DNA from: Vicugna vicugna
Lineage: Eukaryota
DNA length: 64,000 nucleotides
Reading direction: 5' to 3'
NCBI GenBank assembly: GCA_013265495.1
Contig: MU058059.1
Span: 682,001-746,000 of the forward strand
Positions 39,595 through 53,149 of the stretch are shown piece after piece (the first letter of the stretch is position 1; each line of letters begins with the position of its first letter). The translations under genes were made by a program, and so were the position numbers. The notes under the pieces are model-generated. The model did no database searches. It was not told the DNA's origin and saw only the letters and a list, made by a program, of their open reading frames with translations.

Positions 39595-40835
39595 GCAGTG
39601 GTTTTCAACTGGAGTTGCACCACCTCCTAATGGATAATTTGGAAACTTGCAAGTTGTTTTTATTCTGTTTTTGTCTTGTTTTTTATTGAAGTGTAGTTGA
39701 TTTACAATATTGTGTTAGTTTCAGGCATACAGCAAAGTGACTCTGTTATATATTTTTTTGGATTATTTTCCATGATAGGTTATTATAAGATCTTGAATAT
39801 AGTTCCCTGTGCTCTACAGTAAATCCTTGTTCTTTATCTATTAATGTAAAGCAGTTTGTATCTTTTAATCCCACACTCCTAATTTATCCCTCCACCCCCT
39901 TCCCATTTGGTAACTATACATTTGTTTTCTCTGTCTGTGAATCTGTTTCTGTTTTGTGTATAGATTAATCTGTATTATTTTTTAGAATCCACACATAAAT
40001 GATATATTTTTGTATTACTCTATCTGACTTACTTCACTAAGTATAATATTCTCTAGTTCCATCCATATTCCTACAAGTGGCAATATTTCATTCTTTTTTA
40101 TGGCTGAGTAATACTTAATTGTGTATATTCACCACATCTTCGTAAATCAAATTGTTTTGATTATGACAAAATTCAGATTGCACTGTTAGCATTTCATGGT
40201 GAAGATGCTCTATGGCCCACAATGTTAAGAACACTCTTGTGCAATAAAATATTGTCCCATGTCTTACACAACTCTTGAATGTCTCATGGAACAATTCGTA
40301 CAAGTGAAAAAATCTGTAAGTTTCCAATTCTAGAGTCTAAGTCCATTTTATATTTAAATATAAAGTATTTTTTGCACCGTTGTAATATCAACTGAACTAT
40401 GCCAGGACACAGCTACAAAGGAAAATTAAGGAGAAGTGCTCCTTTGATGTCTTGGAAACTCTACCAACAGCTGTTTCTTATTTCATAACATCATGTCACC
40501 AGTAACTGTGCCACTTCCAGTATTCAGTCAACTCTCTCAGTCTGGCCTGGGAGCTGTCCCACTCCCAGGGGTTCTCTGGATGTGGAACATAGTCTGACTG
40601 TGTCACCACACTTTCTACAGCAGTGGTGCCTAGGTATTTGCATATTAAAATACACATTTTATTGTAAATATCTTTCCTTAGATTTTCCATTTATATTACA
40701 TTAAAGCATTATATTGATTTTTTAAAATATTTTATATGTAGTTGTGCTATCTTATCTATGAATTGTATTTCAGTAGAAGGCAGTGTCATAAAGTACTATA
40801 AAAAGGAGGCTTTGTCCCATAAGATTGAGAACTTG
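39595..40835. mobile_element. hAT-Charlie DNA transposon remnant split by a minus-strand L1 3' end (about 39680-40145)
   Basis: cagtggttttcaac start and gattgagaac end; the internal ttgaagtgtagttgatttacaatattgtgttagtttcagg is the reverse complement of an L1 3' end. Confidence 0.65.
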
Positions 40836-40989
40836 TTCCTGTGCGTGAGGCTGTCCTCACATAGACTATTTATAAAACCTGACTGATGATAAGTCACCAT
40901 GAGCCCAGTCTGCCACCTACCTACCCAACACTAGGAGCATAAAAGCCTATTTGTGACATGACTTTCTTGTAACAAACACAAGAACAACT

Positions 40990-41200
40990 CTTATTAATTG
41001 AACACCTACTAAGCACCAGGCACTGTGCTACATACTTTCCATGTATGGTATCCAACCCTTAACTCACCAAGGGAGGTAGTATTTATTGTTACCTCTATTT
41101 TACAGGCAAAAAAATCAACACAGGACAAAGGTTAGATAACTCGACTCAGGTCACACCATTGTAAGTGATTTGACCCAAATCAATCAAATTCCAGGGCCCT
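40990..41200. mobile_element. MIR remnant
   Basis: aacacctactaagcaccaggcactgtgcta...tattttacagg. Confidence 0.7.
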
Positions 41201-41407
41201 TGACTATGCTAACGACAGATGAGACAGAATTCAGAACTGGAAAGTTTGGTAAGTAGCTAGGAACAGCCAGGCTCAGTTTGGCTGAATTCACTGTGGAAAA
41301 GTCAAAGCAAAGAACAAACAGGACATGACACCAACAAGTGCCATCCCTCCTGGTCCCTTGCCCTGACATTCAGACTCTCACTCAAGCCCCAGCAAGCTCC
41401 CACACAC

Positions 41408-41690
41408 CATGCTGTCAGCAACAGCACGGAAAAAGCGGCTAGTCTGACCGAGATGTTCTAGACGTGTAAAACACACCAAACTTCAAAGACTTAGTGCAGA
41501 AAAAGGGAATGCAAGATATTAATAATTTTGTGTATATTATATATGTTCTCATGATACTGTTTTTGGATATATTGGGTAAAAATATATTAGAATTAATTTC
41601 ACCTATTTCTTAGTATTAAAGTTTCTAAAGGGGGTATTAATTTTTTAAATTATATGTGGCTCCCTCAATACTTCCCTTGGACAGAGCTGG
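41408..41690. mobile_element. MER33-like hAT-Charlie MITE
   Basis: gtgtaaaacacaccaaacttcaaagacttagt...ttggatatattgggtaaaaatatattagaattaatttcacc...ttggacagagctg. Confidence 0.75.
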
Positions 41691-42369
41691 CTTTCCTATC
41701 CTTCAGTATCCTTTCCCTGCACCAAAGAGATCTGCAGAAGCTTGGAGCCCAGGGCAGCTGCTTCCTGGAGTGACCATTCAGGCCCCTGAAAGCAGCAGGA
41801 GTGAAAAGCATGGGCGTAGGGGGAGGGAAGGGTCAGCAGAAGCTCCTGTACATTTTCAGCGCGTCCTTTTGGTCACCCAGATCGTGGCAACCACATGTTC
41901 ACTATTTATTATTTTTGTCCCATATGCTTCACACAGCTGCCAACACATGGGAGTGGTAGGTAAAATCTGGAGCAGAAGCTGTGTTTAAATACACGTGTAA
42001 AGAAAAGTCAAAATATTTAACATGTTATTGAAATAGGATATTGTTTATATTTACTAACAGTAAAGAAGGTGGTTCGTAGTTCTATGGAAACCCAGACAAG
42101 TAGTATTAGTTTATCACAGATGGAAAGCACAAGAAATAGTTTAAAAATAAACTAATTAAAGTCAGGGGAGTAAAGTCTGTGACCTCACAAGATCAGCCCC
42201 TCCCAGGATCAGGAAGACCCCCAACTTCCGTGCTGTGATCCATCAAAAATAATGGGGGGAAAAAAAGAAAGGAAACTGAAATTCGTGAAGTTGGCTGCAG
42301 AGGACAATCACAGTGATTGTACTCACACTTAACAACTGATCAAAATATTAACATACCTGTTTTTATTTT

Positions 42370-42590
42370 TTTAATACAAAGTCATTTTAGCCATTTTAAG
42401 TGTACAGTTCAGTGGCATTGATCACCTCCACAACGCTGTGCAGCTGTCATCACTATCCATCTCCGGCACTTGTTCATCATCCCAAACAGAAACTCTGCCC
42501 CCATGAAACAGTAACTCCCATTACCCGCCGCCTGCCTGCAGTCCCTGGAAAGCACCATTCCATTCCCTGTCTCTATGAATCAACAGCTTT
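42370..42590 (-). mobile_element. L1 3' end fragment
   Basis: ccattttaagtgtacagttcagtggcatt...catcccaaacagaaactctg. Confidence 0.75.
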
Positions 42591-42639
42591 TTCTTAAACT
42601 TTCACCACTAAGTCTTCTGCCTATATTCAAGTAGCTTAC

Positions 42640-42958
42640 CTTTTTACGCCCTTACTACACGCACGATGCCGAAGGATCGTGAAACGCATTTCTGAATACT
42701 TCCCGTGCAAATTCCTGGCTGACTCCCACACTTGGAATTTTATTCTCTGTGCATGTTCATGGCTCAGTCAAAATCTCTACACTAAAATCCCATTACATGA
42801 GCATGAAACCTTAGTGGATTTCTTTTTTCCCCTTTAATCTTCCTGTATCTCTGACTATTTTTGTACTGTCCTTCTAAATGGTCAGAATTTTTTCACAGAA
42901 GAGTCTCCGCTGGTTCTGCTTGCCATAATGTGCCTGATGTTTCAACTTTGTTTTTGCT
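42640..42958 (-). pseudogene. Candidate linker exon (weak)
   Basis: Acceptor cctcttcctaaattgtcag, donor AAG|gtaagc; no recognisable motif. Confidence 0.3.
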
Positions 42959-43695
42959 CTGACAATTTAGGAAGAGGAATATTTCCTAATTTGGGAAATG
43001 TGGGTTTAATATATCCTACAGTGCATCAATTGGTCTGGGCTGAATTTAGCTGATATCGTGGGAGTTCCTCAATAACTCAGCATTTCTATAAATGTACCAT
43101 CCTGCAAAAGGATGTTCTTACATATTTGCACAGCACCTTTGGTCTCTCCAGCAAACTGAAGGTAACAAAAACTGGTAGTAAAGTGTTAGAAATTGTCTCT
43201 TTTTGTGATACATGGAGAAATTGCCCATAAATTGTGACCTATAACAAGTTCTTTTGAAATATCTTTATGAGCAAAACAGATCTTTCATCTCTCAAGTGAC
43301 ACTCCAACCTGGATAAACCGTGCTTTCTCCCCCCATACAGTGAAGCACCTGCCGAATATAAAGAAGTCTACATAGATTAGTAACTGATCTTCCCCCAAAC
43401 TGCGATCATTTCACATGGCCAGCACTGTACATTTTGCCCCAAACCAGGGTTTAAGCTAGAAAGGACCTCAAGAAATCTTTAATCTGTCATCATTTCAAGG
43501 GAAACTGCCCAAGCTGATAGTAGGAAACTTTCTGCCTCCTATGTAATAGCACCAGGTCTCAGAGAGCTCAGATGATCCCACAGGTCAGTGAGCATCTTGA
43601 CAAAAGCGTGAGTCGTCCGCACCTTCAGCAGGCGCTCTGTGCAACAGCGCGGGGGCTTCCTCGCTAAAACATCTTCCCACCTGAGCTCTGTATCA

Positions 43696-43912
43696 AGAGT
43701 CAGCAGCCTTATTTCATTCAGGGTCAGACAGTGAACATTGTAGCCTTTGTGGGCCTTACATCTCTGTCACAACCACTCAGCTTTGCCATTGTTGTGCAAA
43801 AGCAGTCAGAGACAATATGGCAACTAACGGGCTGTCTTACAGTAAAACTTTTATTTACGAAAACAGGCAGCGGGTGCTATCTGGCCCACCGTCCATAGTT
43901 TGCCAACAGCTG
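43696..43912. mobile_element. MER58A-like hAT-Charlie MITE
   Basis: tctctgtcacaaccactcagctttgccattg...aaacaggcagcggg...catagtttgccaac. Confidence 0.85.
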
Positions 43913-43944
43913 CTCTACATAGTTCTGAATTCGGAGTCACTTAC

Positions 43945-44511
43945 GTGTGCCTCTGCATTAAAATCTGTCCTTGGCATTAGAAGGTAACTTTGTATTATTA
44001 TGAAAGTTCCTTATTTTTAAGGAACTTAAATTTGTGGGTAGCAGACCCCACCCCGTATCTCTGCAGCCTGAGTTCGCCTAAATCTGCTTCCGTGGCTGAT
44101 AGGCTGACAGCGTCCTATTTCAAGAGGCTGAATCTCTCTTCTTCGCTGAATGAGGGTTTTCTCTGTAACTGTGAAGCCCAGGGATGGGGGTGTTGATCCC
44201 TCCAGAGCAAACTCTGACTCTCATCTTGGGAAGATGAGAGTCAGAGGATTAATGACAGCCTCCTGCCCCCAGAGAAGTGCTCCACACGGTCCCTCGGGAT
44301 CCCTAGTGGGACGGAGCTCCCGTTGCCTACAGCGGAATCTGTTCATTAAAGACAATTTATTGGCGTTTGTCCTCCCTTGTGCTTCCCGGGATCACTTCAC
44401 AAATCAACTGCTTACATTGAACATTTTTGTCTTAAAGACTACTCTTGAAACCACCCAAGCCAAGACAAATAGATTTGTGTATTTTCTGGTGTTCCTCCGT
44501 AGCAGAAGAGA
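43945..44511 (-). pseudogene. Candidate eTudor exon
   Basis: Donor CAC|gtaagt; decayed KSICLG...SRVV...ANKLSLMNRF...ALLWGQEAV. Confidence 0.45.
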
Positions 44512-44774
44512 CTGGAGTGTGTGAAAACACTGGAAGCCCTGTGAGTGAGAAGGCATGGAAACTCTGACAATAGGGTAGAAGGCACTGAAGTGGGTTCTGG
44601 GCACGTAAGAGATGATGCTCGGTGCTAAAACAAGCCGTTTAGTCCAAAGACGTAGGTCAAACCCCACAACTCACCACTTAATGTTTGATTCCCTGACCTT
44701 GGACAAGTTATTTACACTCTCTGAAGCTCTGTTTTCTCATGTGAAATATGAGAATATCACTTCCCAACTATTTT

Positions 44775-45735
44775 TTTAGTAAAATTTTTCTAACAGTTTT
44801 AGGTTCACAGAAAAATTGTGAAGATAGTACAGAGAATTTCCATCAACTCCATATCCAGTATCCCCTGTTGTCAACATCTTATATTAGTATATTAGTTCGT
44901 CACAATTAACAAACTGATAATGATGCATTATTAACTGAGGTCCTTACTGTATTCAGATTTCCTGAGTTTCTATGTAATGTCCTTTTCCTGTTGCAGGTTC
45001 CCATCCAGGACATATTACTTTATTTGCCATGTCTCCTTAGGCTCCTCTGGACCACGGCAGTTTCTCAGACTTTCCTTCTTTGTGATGACCTTGAGAGTTT
45101 TGAAAAATACTGGTCAGGTATTTTGTAGAATGTCCCTCAGTTGGGATTCATTCTATATTTTCATCACCATTAGACTCGAGTTATGGTTTTATGGGGGAAG
45201 ATGACAAAAGAAAGCACCACGTTCATCACATCATTCCAAGGGTACATACTCTCTACCTGATTTCACTGTTAATGATGCCCCTGATCACCTGGTTCAGGTA
45301 GTGTTTTGAGACGCAAAAGTTATTCTTTTTTTTTTTTCTACATACTACTTTGGAGAGAGGTCACTATGCATATCCCACATTTAAGGAGTGGAGAGTTTTA
45401 TTCTACCTCCTTGAGAGAGAAATATGTATAGAAGTTATTCAGTAATTTTGTCTGGGAGATTTGTCTCTTCTCCCATTTATTTATTAATTCAATCATTAAT
45501 CTATTTCAGTAAGGACTCATGGATATTTATATAATACAGTGAGTTAGAAGCCAATTCTACTTTATTCATTTTGTTGCTCAAATTATGGCAGTTTGGTCAT
45601 TAGGAGCTCTTTCAGTTGGCGTCTGCATCCTTTGACAAACCCCCATCAGTATGGGATTTTTTTTTAAAGCATTTTTGCTTCCTGGCACCACAAGATGTAC
45701 CTGCCTTATCTTGTATTTTTCCTGCTCCAATCCAG
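44775..45735 (-). mobile_element. Old L1 (L1MC/MD-like) 3' region
   Basis: acagttttaggttcacagaaaaattg...cagtttctcagactttcctt...tactggtcaggtattttgtagaatgtccctc. Confidence 0.85.
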
Positions 45736-45736
45736 T

Positions 45737-47915
45737 TAGAGAGAAGGTACCTCAGCATGATAAAGGCCATGTATGACAGGTCCATAGCTAACATCACACT
45801 CAGTGGAGAGAAGCTGAAAACTTCTCCTCTAAGACCAGGAATGAGACAAGGATGCCCACATGCACCTCTTTTATTCAACATAGTATTAGAAGTTCTGCTC
45901 AGAGCAATTAGAGAGAAGAAGAAATAAAAGACATCCTAGCTGGATGTTTTGCACTGTTTGCAGGTGAGATGATTCTATATATGGAAAACCTTAAAGACAT
46001 CACCAAAAAACTGTTCGAATTAGTAAGTGAATTCAGCAAAGTTGCAAAATAGAAAATCAATATACAGAAATATGTTGCATTTATACATTAATAACAAACT
46101 ATCAAAAAGAGAAATTAAGAAAACAGTCCACTTTACAATTGCATCAAACAGAATAAAATGCCTAGGAATACATTTAACCTAGGAGGTGAAAAATCCACAC
46201 TCTGACCTATAAGACACTGAGGAAAGAAACTGAAGATGACACAAATAAATGGATGCTCATGGATCTGAAGAATTAATATTATTAAAATGTCCATACTATC
46301 TCTGTAGATTCAATGCAATCCCCAACAAAATCCCAATGGTATTTTTTTCCAGAATTATAACAAACAACTCTAAAATTTGTATAAACCCAGAAACCATCCT
46401 TGATAGCCAAAGCAATCAGAAGAAAGAAAAACAAAGCTGGAGAAATCATATTCCCTGATTTCAAACTATATTACAAAGCCACAGTAATCAAAAGAGTATG
46501 ATACTGACATAAAAACAGACACATAGATCAATGGTACAGAATAAGAGAGCCCAGAAAGAAACCCACACATATATGGTCAATTAATTTATGACAAAGAAGC
46601 CAACAATATACAATGGGAAATGGACACACTGTTCAATAAATGGTGTGGGAGAAGCTGGACAGTCACAGACAAAAGAATGAAACAGGACCACTGTCTCACA
46701 TGATAGACAAAAATTAACTCAAAATGGATTAAAGACTTGACTACAAGGCCTGAAACCATAAAGCTCCTTGACATCAGTCTTGGTGATGAGTTTCAAATTT
46801 GACACCAAAAGCACAGACAACAAAAGCAAATATAACGAAGTGGGGCATCAAATTAAAAAGCTTATGCCCAGCAAAAGAAGCCATCAACAAAATGAAAAGG
46901 CACCTTCCTGAATGGGAGAACATATTTGCAAATCATGTATCTGATAAGGGATTAATACCCAAATTATATAAAGAACTCACTCAATAACGAAAACAACAAC
47001 AACAAAATCCAGTTGAAAATGGGCAGAGAATCTGAATAGACATTTTCCCAAAGAAGACATGCAAATGGCCAAGAGGTCCATGAAAAGGTGTTCAATGTCA
47101 CTGATCACCAGGGAAATACAACTCAAAAAGACAATGAGCTATCACCTCACAACTGATAGATTGACTGTCATCCAAAGGACAAGAAAAAACAAATGCTGGC
47201 AAGGATGTGGAGAAATGGGAACCCTTGTGCAAAAATAGAACTATCATATCCAGCAGTTCCACTCTGAGTTTTTAATCCAAAGGGGAAAAAAACACTAATG
47301 CAAAAGGATATATTCACTCCTATGTTTATTGCAGCATTATTTACAATAGCCAATATATGAAAGCAATCTGTGTGTCCATCGACAGATGAATAAATTAAAA
47401 AAATGGAATTTATATGTATAATGGAATATTACTCAGCCATAAAAAGAATTAAATCTTGCCATTTGCACCAACATGGGTGAACCTCAAAGGTATTATGCTA
47501 ACTGAAACAAGCCAGACAGAGAAAGACAAACACTGTATGACCCCATGTATATGCAGAATCTAAAAGCAAAAAACAAAACCAAGCTCATAGTTAAAGAGAA
47601 CAGATTAGTGGTTGCCAGAGGTGAGGGGTTTGGGTGGGGGCACAATGGATGAAGGGGGTCAAAAGGTACAAACTTCCAATTAAAACAAATGTCATAGGGA
47701 TGTCATGTACATTATTATACTTAATACTGTGTTGCATAGAGAATAGGTCTTCAAAGCTCTGATTACAAGAAGAAATTTTGTAGCTATGTATGATGATGGG
47801 TGTTAACTAGACACAACATGGTGATCACTCTGCAGTATATACAAATATGGAATCATTATGTTCTACACCTGAAATTAATGTATGTCAATTATACTTCAAT
47901 GAAATAAATAAAGAA
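45737..47915 (+). mobile_element. Truncated L1 (ORF2 3' half and 3' UTR)
   Basis: GEKLKTSPLRPGMRQGCP..PLLFNIVLEVL, RFNAIP, 3' UTR and tail. Confidence 0.93.
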
Positions 47916-48622
47916 ATATTGAAACAACTAACTGCTCAACTGAATACATCATGTAAATAGAAACAAGGTTTCCTTTTGTAAACATGTTTTAACGTTTGAC
48001 TAGGTTCAATCATTTCTCTTAGAGATATGCCACAGATATTTAAACTAATGTATGAACGTCATCCTAAGGTGTACATGTAGGCGCCATCCTTTTGGAATAT
48101 CACAGTTCAGGGTAGCACCACAGGGTGAGGAATCAGGCAAAGCTGAACTCAAATCCCTGCTCTGCCTCTCTACTCTCTGTGTGAGCTTGGAGGAGGTACA
48201 TTAACTCTCTCATTTCCTCATCTGAGAAACGGGGTGAAGTATTACCTACTTCCCGTGTCTCTGTGAAGATAAATGAGACAGTGTACAGAAAGCATCCGCA
48301 CAGTGCCTCCACACACAAGGTGCCCAGTTCCTAGTCCCCTTCCCCATTTCCTTCTTGGCTGAAAATGTCAGCTGCAATAAGCTAACAGATGACCAGGAAC
48401 ACCATGCACCCAGTTTCAGAAACACTAAAACCAAAGTACACACAATCTTTATCCTTTATCCTTCCAAGTGATAAAAGTAGAAAGGTACTGATTGGTCAGG
48501 AATGGCTGCGTACAGAGCACAGGGCATCTTCATTATACTCAGAACAGAGAACCTCTGTCTTGTAGAAGCATCGTTTAAAGAGCTCTCCGCCTCCCTGAAT
48601 GTAAAGATACCCTAGAACTTAC

Positions 48623-49460
48623 CTTTTCAAAAATAATTTTCCAATTTGTCTGCCCGCATTCAAGGAGTATTTAGTTTCGTTTTTGGCATAAAATTGGATA
48701 AATAATTGGTTGTGTTGGTGTCCGTAATGGTCCCCATTCTCCAAGGCAGATTTCATCATGAATACCTGGGTTCTGGGAGATGCAGGTTGAAGCAAGCACC
48801 TGTTTATTTTCTTACCCTCTGCACCCTTAGGCACTTCTGCACAGGACTTCCCTAACTCACAAACCAAGGAAAATACCACATGCTGAATTACGACAACATA
48901 CAACACTTATTATACAATATAGCAGTGCCTACCCCCAAAGAATCCTTTGCTGTTGTTCAAATGTCCACAACAGGTGTTTCTTCCTCCTTCACACCAAAGT
49001 TTTCAGTTGTAACTTCCTGCCTTCAGAAAAGTTTAACTTTTCTTATCTCCTACCATGGCCAGAAAGCATCTTTGTTGCTTCCTTACAAGACTTGTCTTTA
49101 TCTCACAAGACTCCAACATCGATACAAATGTGCACACTCTCGTGTTGGTGGAAAAGAAACCCACTCCAATTTACCAGCATCAACAAAAAGTACCCTAATG
49201 GTTGCAGGAAGAATTAGTTCTACCATTCTGTAAAAATGTGTTTTAAATTTTTAGAATAACTAAAGCGAATTTTTGATAGAGTCTAGGTTCCAAAACTAAG
49301 AAGTCAGCAGATTGGTAATGCAGAAGTAATCTAATAAAGACTTATTTTAAGCAAAGATGCACTTCTCAGGGCTTAGATTTGGAGAAGAAAAATGGGCCAC
49401 AGGGGAAAAATTATATTCTAATTGGGAAATCACCATTATTGAGTTTTATGAAACTCCAGA
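48623..49460 (-). pseudogene. Best-preserved eTudor exon remnant
   Basis: IMVISQLEYNFSP/IFLLQI/LLLHYQSADFLVLEPRLYQKFAL/YSKNLK/HFYRMVELILPATIRVLFVDAGKLEWVS...AHLYRCWSL/SCKEATK/CFLAMVGDKK/TPVVDI (/ marks a frame change); donor AAG|gtaagt at 48622. The 5' boundary is approximate. Confidence 0.75.
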
Positions 49461-50023
49461 AACTTCATATAATAGTATAGCAAGTTGCTTAAAAGTGGGG
49501 CCTTGAGCCGTCGCTCACTGGCTAGGTGACCTGGGGAGATGCTTCACCCCCCTAAGTCCTAGTCACCCGGACAAGAAGATCGATGTTGCAATAACATTAT
49601 TTACCTCGTACACTTATCTCGAGGATTGACTGAACTAGCACACATATAACTGCTAAAGTGACAAGGACAAATGTGTCCCTGCATCGGTCCTCTCACTTCC
49701 GTCACCCCAATCCTTTCAAAGAAAAGAAGGGTTTTCTTTCTCTTTTCCTCGCTTTCTTGTTTTTTTTCCTTCCATCACTTACCCCTGAAGAAATTCTGTC
49801 TTTGCTGACTTTATGCCCAGGCTTTTGACATGCAGGTTCAGGAGCAGGGGGTGGGGAGTAACAGAGGTAGAAGAAAGCAGGGGAAATAGACAAAGCCTGT
49901 GCAGACTTCGGGGAAAATGGAGAGACAGCAGAGCAGGTAGAATACTGGGTATTGTAGGAGAGGAAAGGGGTTTGGAGATGCGTTGAGATTTGTGCTGCTA
50001 TGATCTTACTTCCTTTCAGTTAC

Positions 50024-50350
50024 CTTAGGTTGCTGCTCAGTTCTTCTTTGAGAGTGACTCTGCGCAGAGACTGGACCGCATAGGACTCCAGCTTACATGT
50101 GTTACAACTGCGGTGGTGACAACGACAGTGACGACTGTATGGTTCTCTTCCCGTTTGCAAATGTGTGTGGGTGTTGTAATCACTGATTTCCCACTGGAAC
50201 AGGATACTGGCGGGAGGTCAACGTATACTCCAAGAAGACAGTGTGAGAAAAGAATATCCTGGGTTCTGAGTGGGAAACGGATGCTATCTCTTTGAAGAAT
50301 TATAAGCAAAATCTTAGGAAACCTTAAGAAATCTTTACCACAATAATCAT
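50024..50350 (-). pseudogene. Candidate exon (about 100 open codons)
   Basis: Acceptor gattttag, donor AAG|gtaact; ...HTVVTVVVTTAVVTHVSWSP / ESYAVQSLRRVTLKEELSSNL. Confidence 0.5.
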
Positions 50351-51414
50351 CTAAAATCCCCAAACCAGACAACAAAAGCTAGCTAGAAGCCCCGAAAACA
50401 TGGTGCCATGTAAGAAACTTCGCTGGGGGGTGCAGAACAGAGGGAGCCAAAGCCAGACTAAGCAATGCCACACAGTGATTCACAAGGAGAAAGCTTTGGC
50501 TCCAGAACAGTTCACACTCGTCAAATAAAAAGGGTGAAAGAGATGGCACTGCCTCACAAAGCGTTAAGGTCCCACAGAGTCACCTTTGAGGCGAAAATGG
50601 TGAAGTAAAAAGCGAAGGACTGACTTCCCAGGGCTCCGAGGCCTCACCCCAGTTTCAACCAGAGACGCGCTCTCAGAATTTCTATTGACAGGATAACATT
50701 ACATTTGGCGTTAAAAAAAAAAAAAGAATTCTTTGATTAAAAAAAATATTTTTCAATATTAAATTAGCAGGTCTACTCACTGCTGGTTCAAAAGAGCTCC
50801 CAGGCCTAGATGCATTTTAAATATTGCTCTAAATAATATTTTCCATGAAAACTGTGTACAACTGGGTTTTATCAGTGATTCACTCTTAATGATTACATAA
50901 TGTGATTTTATTAAAGAATAGTATTTTATGGGAAAGGTCATTTTAAATAAAGTAAGAATTCAACTCCAGAATTTAAAGTGAGGAGCAAAACAAACAGAAC
51001 CATATCAGTTGATAGAAAAAAAAATGAACTCACGTGACAAAGGTAAAATTCACATCACAATGCCTGACACAGAGTGTACGTAATTATACCCTCTAGCTAA
51101 GCAGAGGTACAAGGTTAACTGATAAATCAGTAAGTAAAACAGATGTAGTAAATACAACAGGAGCAGGCTATGGAGAGGAAATGAGTGAGGGGGAGACAGG
51201 TAGGTTAAGAGACAGTAAAACAGACCAAATGATAGCAGGTCTCATCAAGGATAATGAAATCACAAGCTAAATAAACGTCATGAGAAATAAAACAAGATGT
51301 AAGTGATGTAAAGCTATGTAAAATTAGCATCATCTTTAAACAAGGTGAGAGCACCACCCTTTAACTAGGAAAAGTTCACCGAAACGTGGGGATTCAGCGC
51401 TTTTTTTGTTTGCT

Positions 51415-51710
51415 TGCTCTTTATCGAAACATAGTTGGTTACAATGTGTCAATCCCTGGTATACAGCATAGTTTCGGTCATCCAGGTACACACATATATT
51501 CATGTTCATAGTCTTTTTCATTATAGGTTACTACAAGGTATTGAGTATAGATCCCTGTGCTGCAGAGAAGAAACCTGTTTATCTATTTTTTATACAGTAG
51601 TTAGTATTTGCAAATCTCAAACTCCCAACTTATCCCTTCCCACCCTCTTTCCCCCTGTAACCGTAAGTTTGTTTACTACGTCTGTCTGTTTCTGTTTTGT
51701 AGGTAACTTT
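51415..51710 (-). mobile_element. Truncated L1 3' end
   Basis: atagttggttacaatgtgtcaatccctggtatacagcata...tttgcaaatctcaaactccc. Confidence 0.88.
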
Positions 51711-52510
51711 AAAAAAAGAAGACTAATGGGATTCAACATTTTCGAGTGCTCCTTGTCACTGGTGACTTAGGAGGGAAAATGAGACTCTGAAGGAACGTGA
51801 GAAATCTTGCAGGGCGGAAGTCTCCACAGCATCTTCAAGCAAGTGGAGCCCTGCCTTCACGTGAGAAAAGTGACAGCGCTCCTGCTCTGCAGGTCCAGAG
51901 TGTCTAGGAAATTTAAGCTATCTGAGGGCATCAACTCAAAACCAAGATCCCAAGGCCTTATTGTTCTTTTCCTGCCAAATCAGGGCCCTGACCTTGACAG
52001 GTAAGGCTTGAAAGTTCAAAGTTAAAATCTGAATTTTCCTGGACCTCTACAACTCTTACAATTAAAATACCTACATATACACATATACACACGTGTATAT
52101 ACACACTTGTCTATATACACATACACATATATAATTATACATAATATAACAAAATATAATTAATATATGATTAAGGAAAGAAATAAACCATAAAATAAAA
52201 TAAGCTTAACAGACTGAACTATATGATCACTTTTCATCTGTGTGCACAGGATATTTCCATAATCAACACATGAATAAATGAGTGAGTGAATGATTGCTTC
52301 TTATTTATCTGGGCATAAAGGAAACTTGGCTGATCACCCATCCTACGCTGTCTCAACCAAAGGAATTAAAGAAAAAATTATCACAGTTAATCTAGCAAAT
52401 CCAAATATATAAAGGGCTAGAAAATGTTTCTTATAAAATGTCTTATAATCTTTCAGTATACACTACTCTCCGAAGCCATACAAGTATATAATTAGAAAAT
52501 CAATCACTTA

Positions 52511-53000
52511 AAGAAGCTGTGGTATATCTATGCAATGGAATACTACTCAGCCATAAAAAAGAATAAAATAATGCCATTTGCAGCAACATGGATGGACCTG
52601 GAGATCATCATTCTAAGTGTAGTAAGCCACAAAGAAAGAAAAATACCATATGATATCACTTATATGTGGAATTAAAAAAAAAGGGGGACACTAATGAACT
52701 CATCTACAAAACACAAACAGACTTGCATACATAGTAAACAATCTTATGGTTACCGGGGGAAAGAGGGTAGGAAGGGATAAAGCTGGAGTTTGAGATGTGC
52801 AAATACTAACTACTACATATAAAAATAGATAAAAAAACAAATTTCTTCCATATAGCACAGGGAACCATATTCAGTATCTTGTATTAACCTATAATGAAAA
52901 AGAAAATGAAAAGGAATATATGTATGTATATGTATGGCTGAAACGTTATGCTGTACACCAGAAATTGACACATAGCTGACTATAGTTCAATTAAAAAAAA
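52511..53000 (+). mobile_element. Truncated L1 3' end with TSD
   Basis: aagaagctgtggtatatctatgcaatggaatactactcagcc...A tail; TSD gaaaatcaa(tc/ct)actta on both sides. Confidence 0.92.
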
Positions 53001-53149
53001 GAAAATCAACTACTTATTTCGAATCAATGTATGGAGAGAAATCTCCACACAATTATATTAAAATGTAGATGAAAACATTTTATATTTATCCCTTTTTCTG
53101 CCCATGTGTTTGTCTACATTTTGTAGAACAAGCTTTGCCAATAGCCCTT

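Noticed and set aside
43320..43600. Extra Tudor motifs (LSSLRPGAIT*EAESF; IYVDFFIFGR)
   Set aside because: The spacing is too tight for consecutive domains, so they were not counted.
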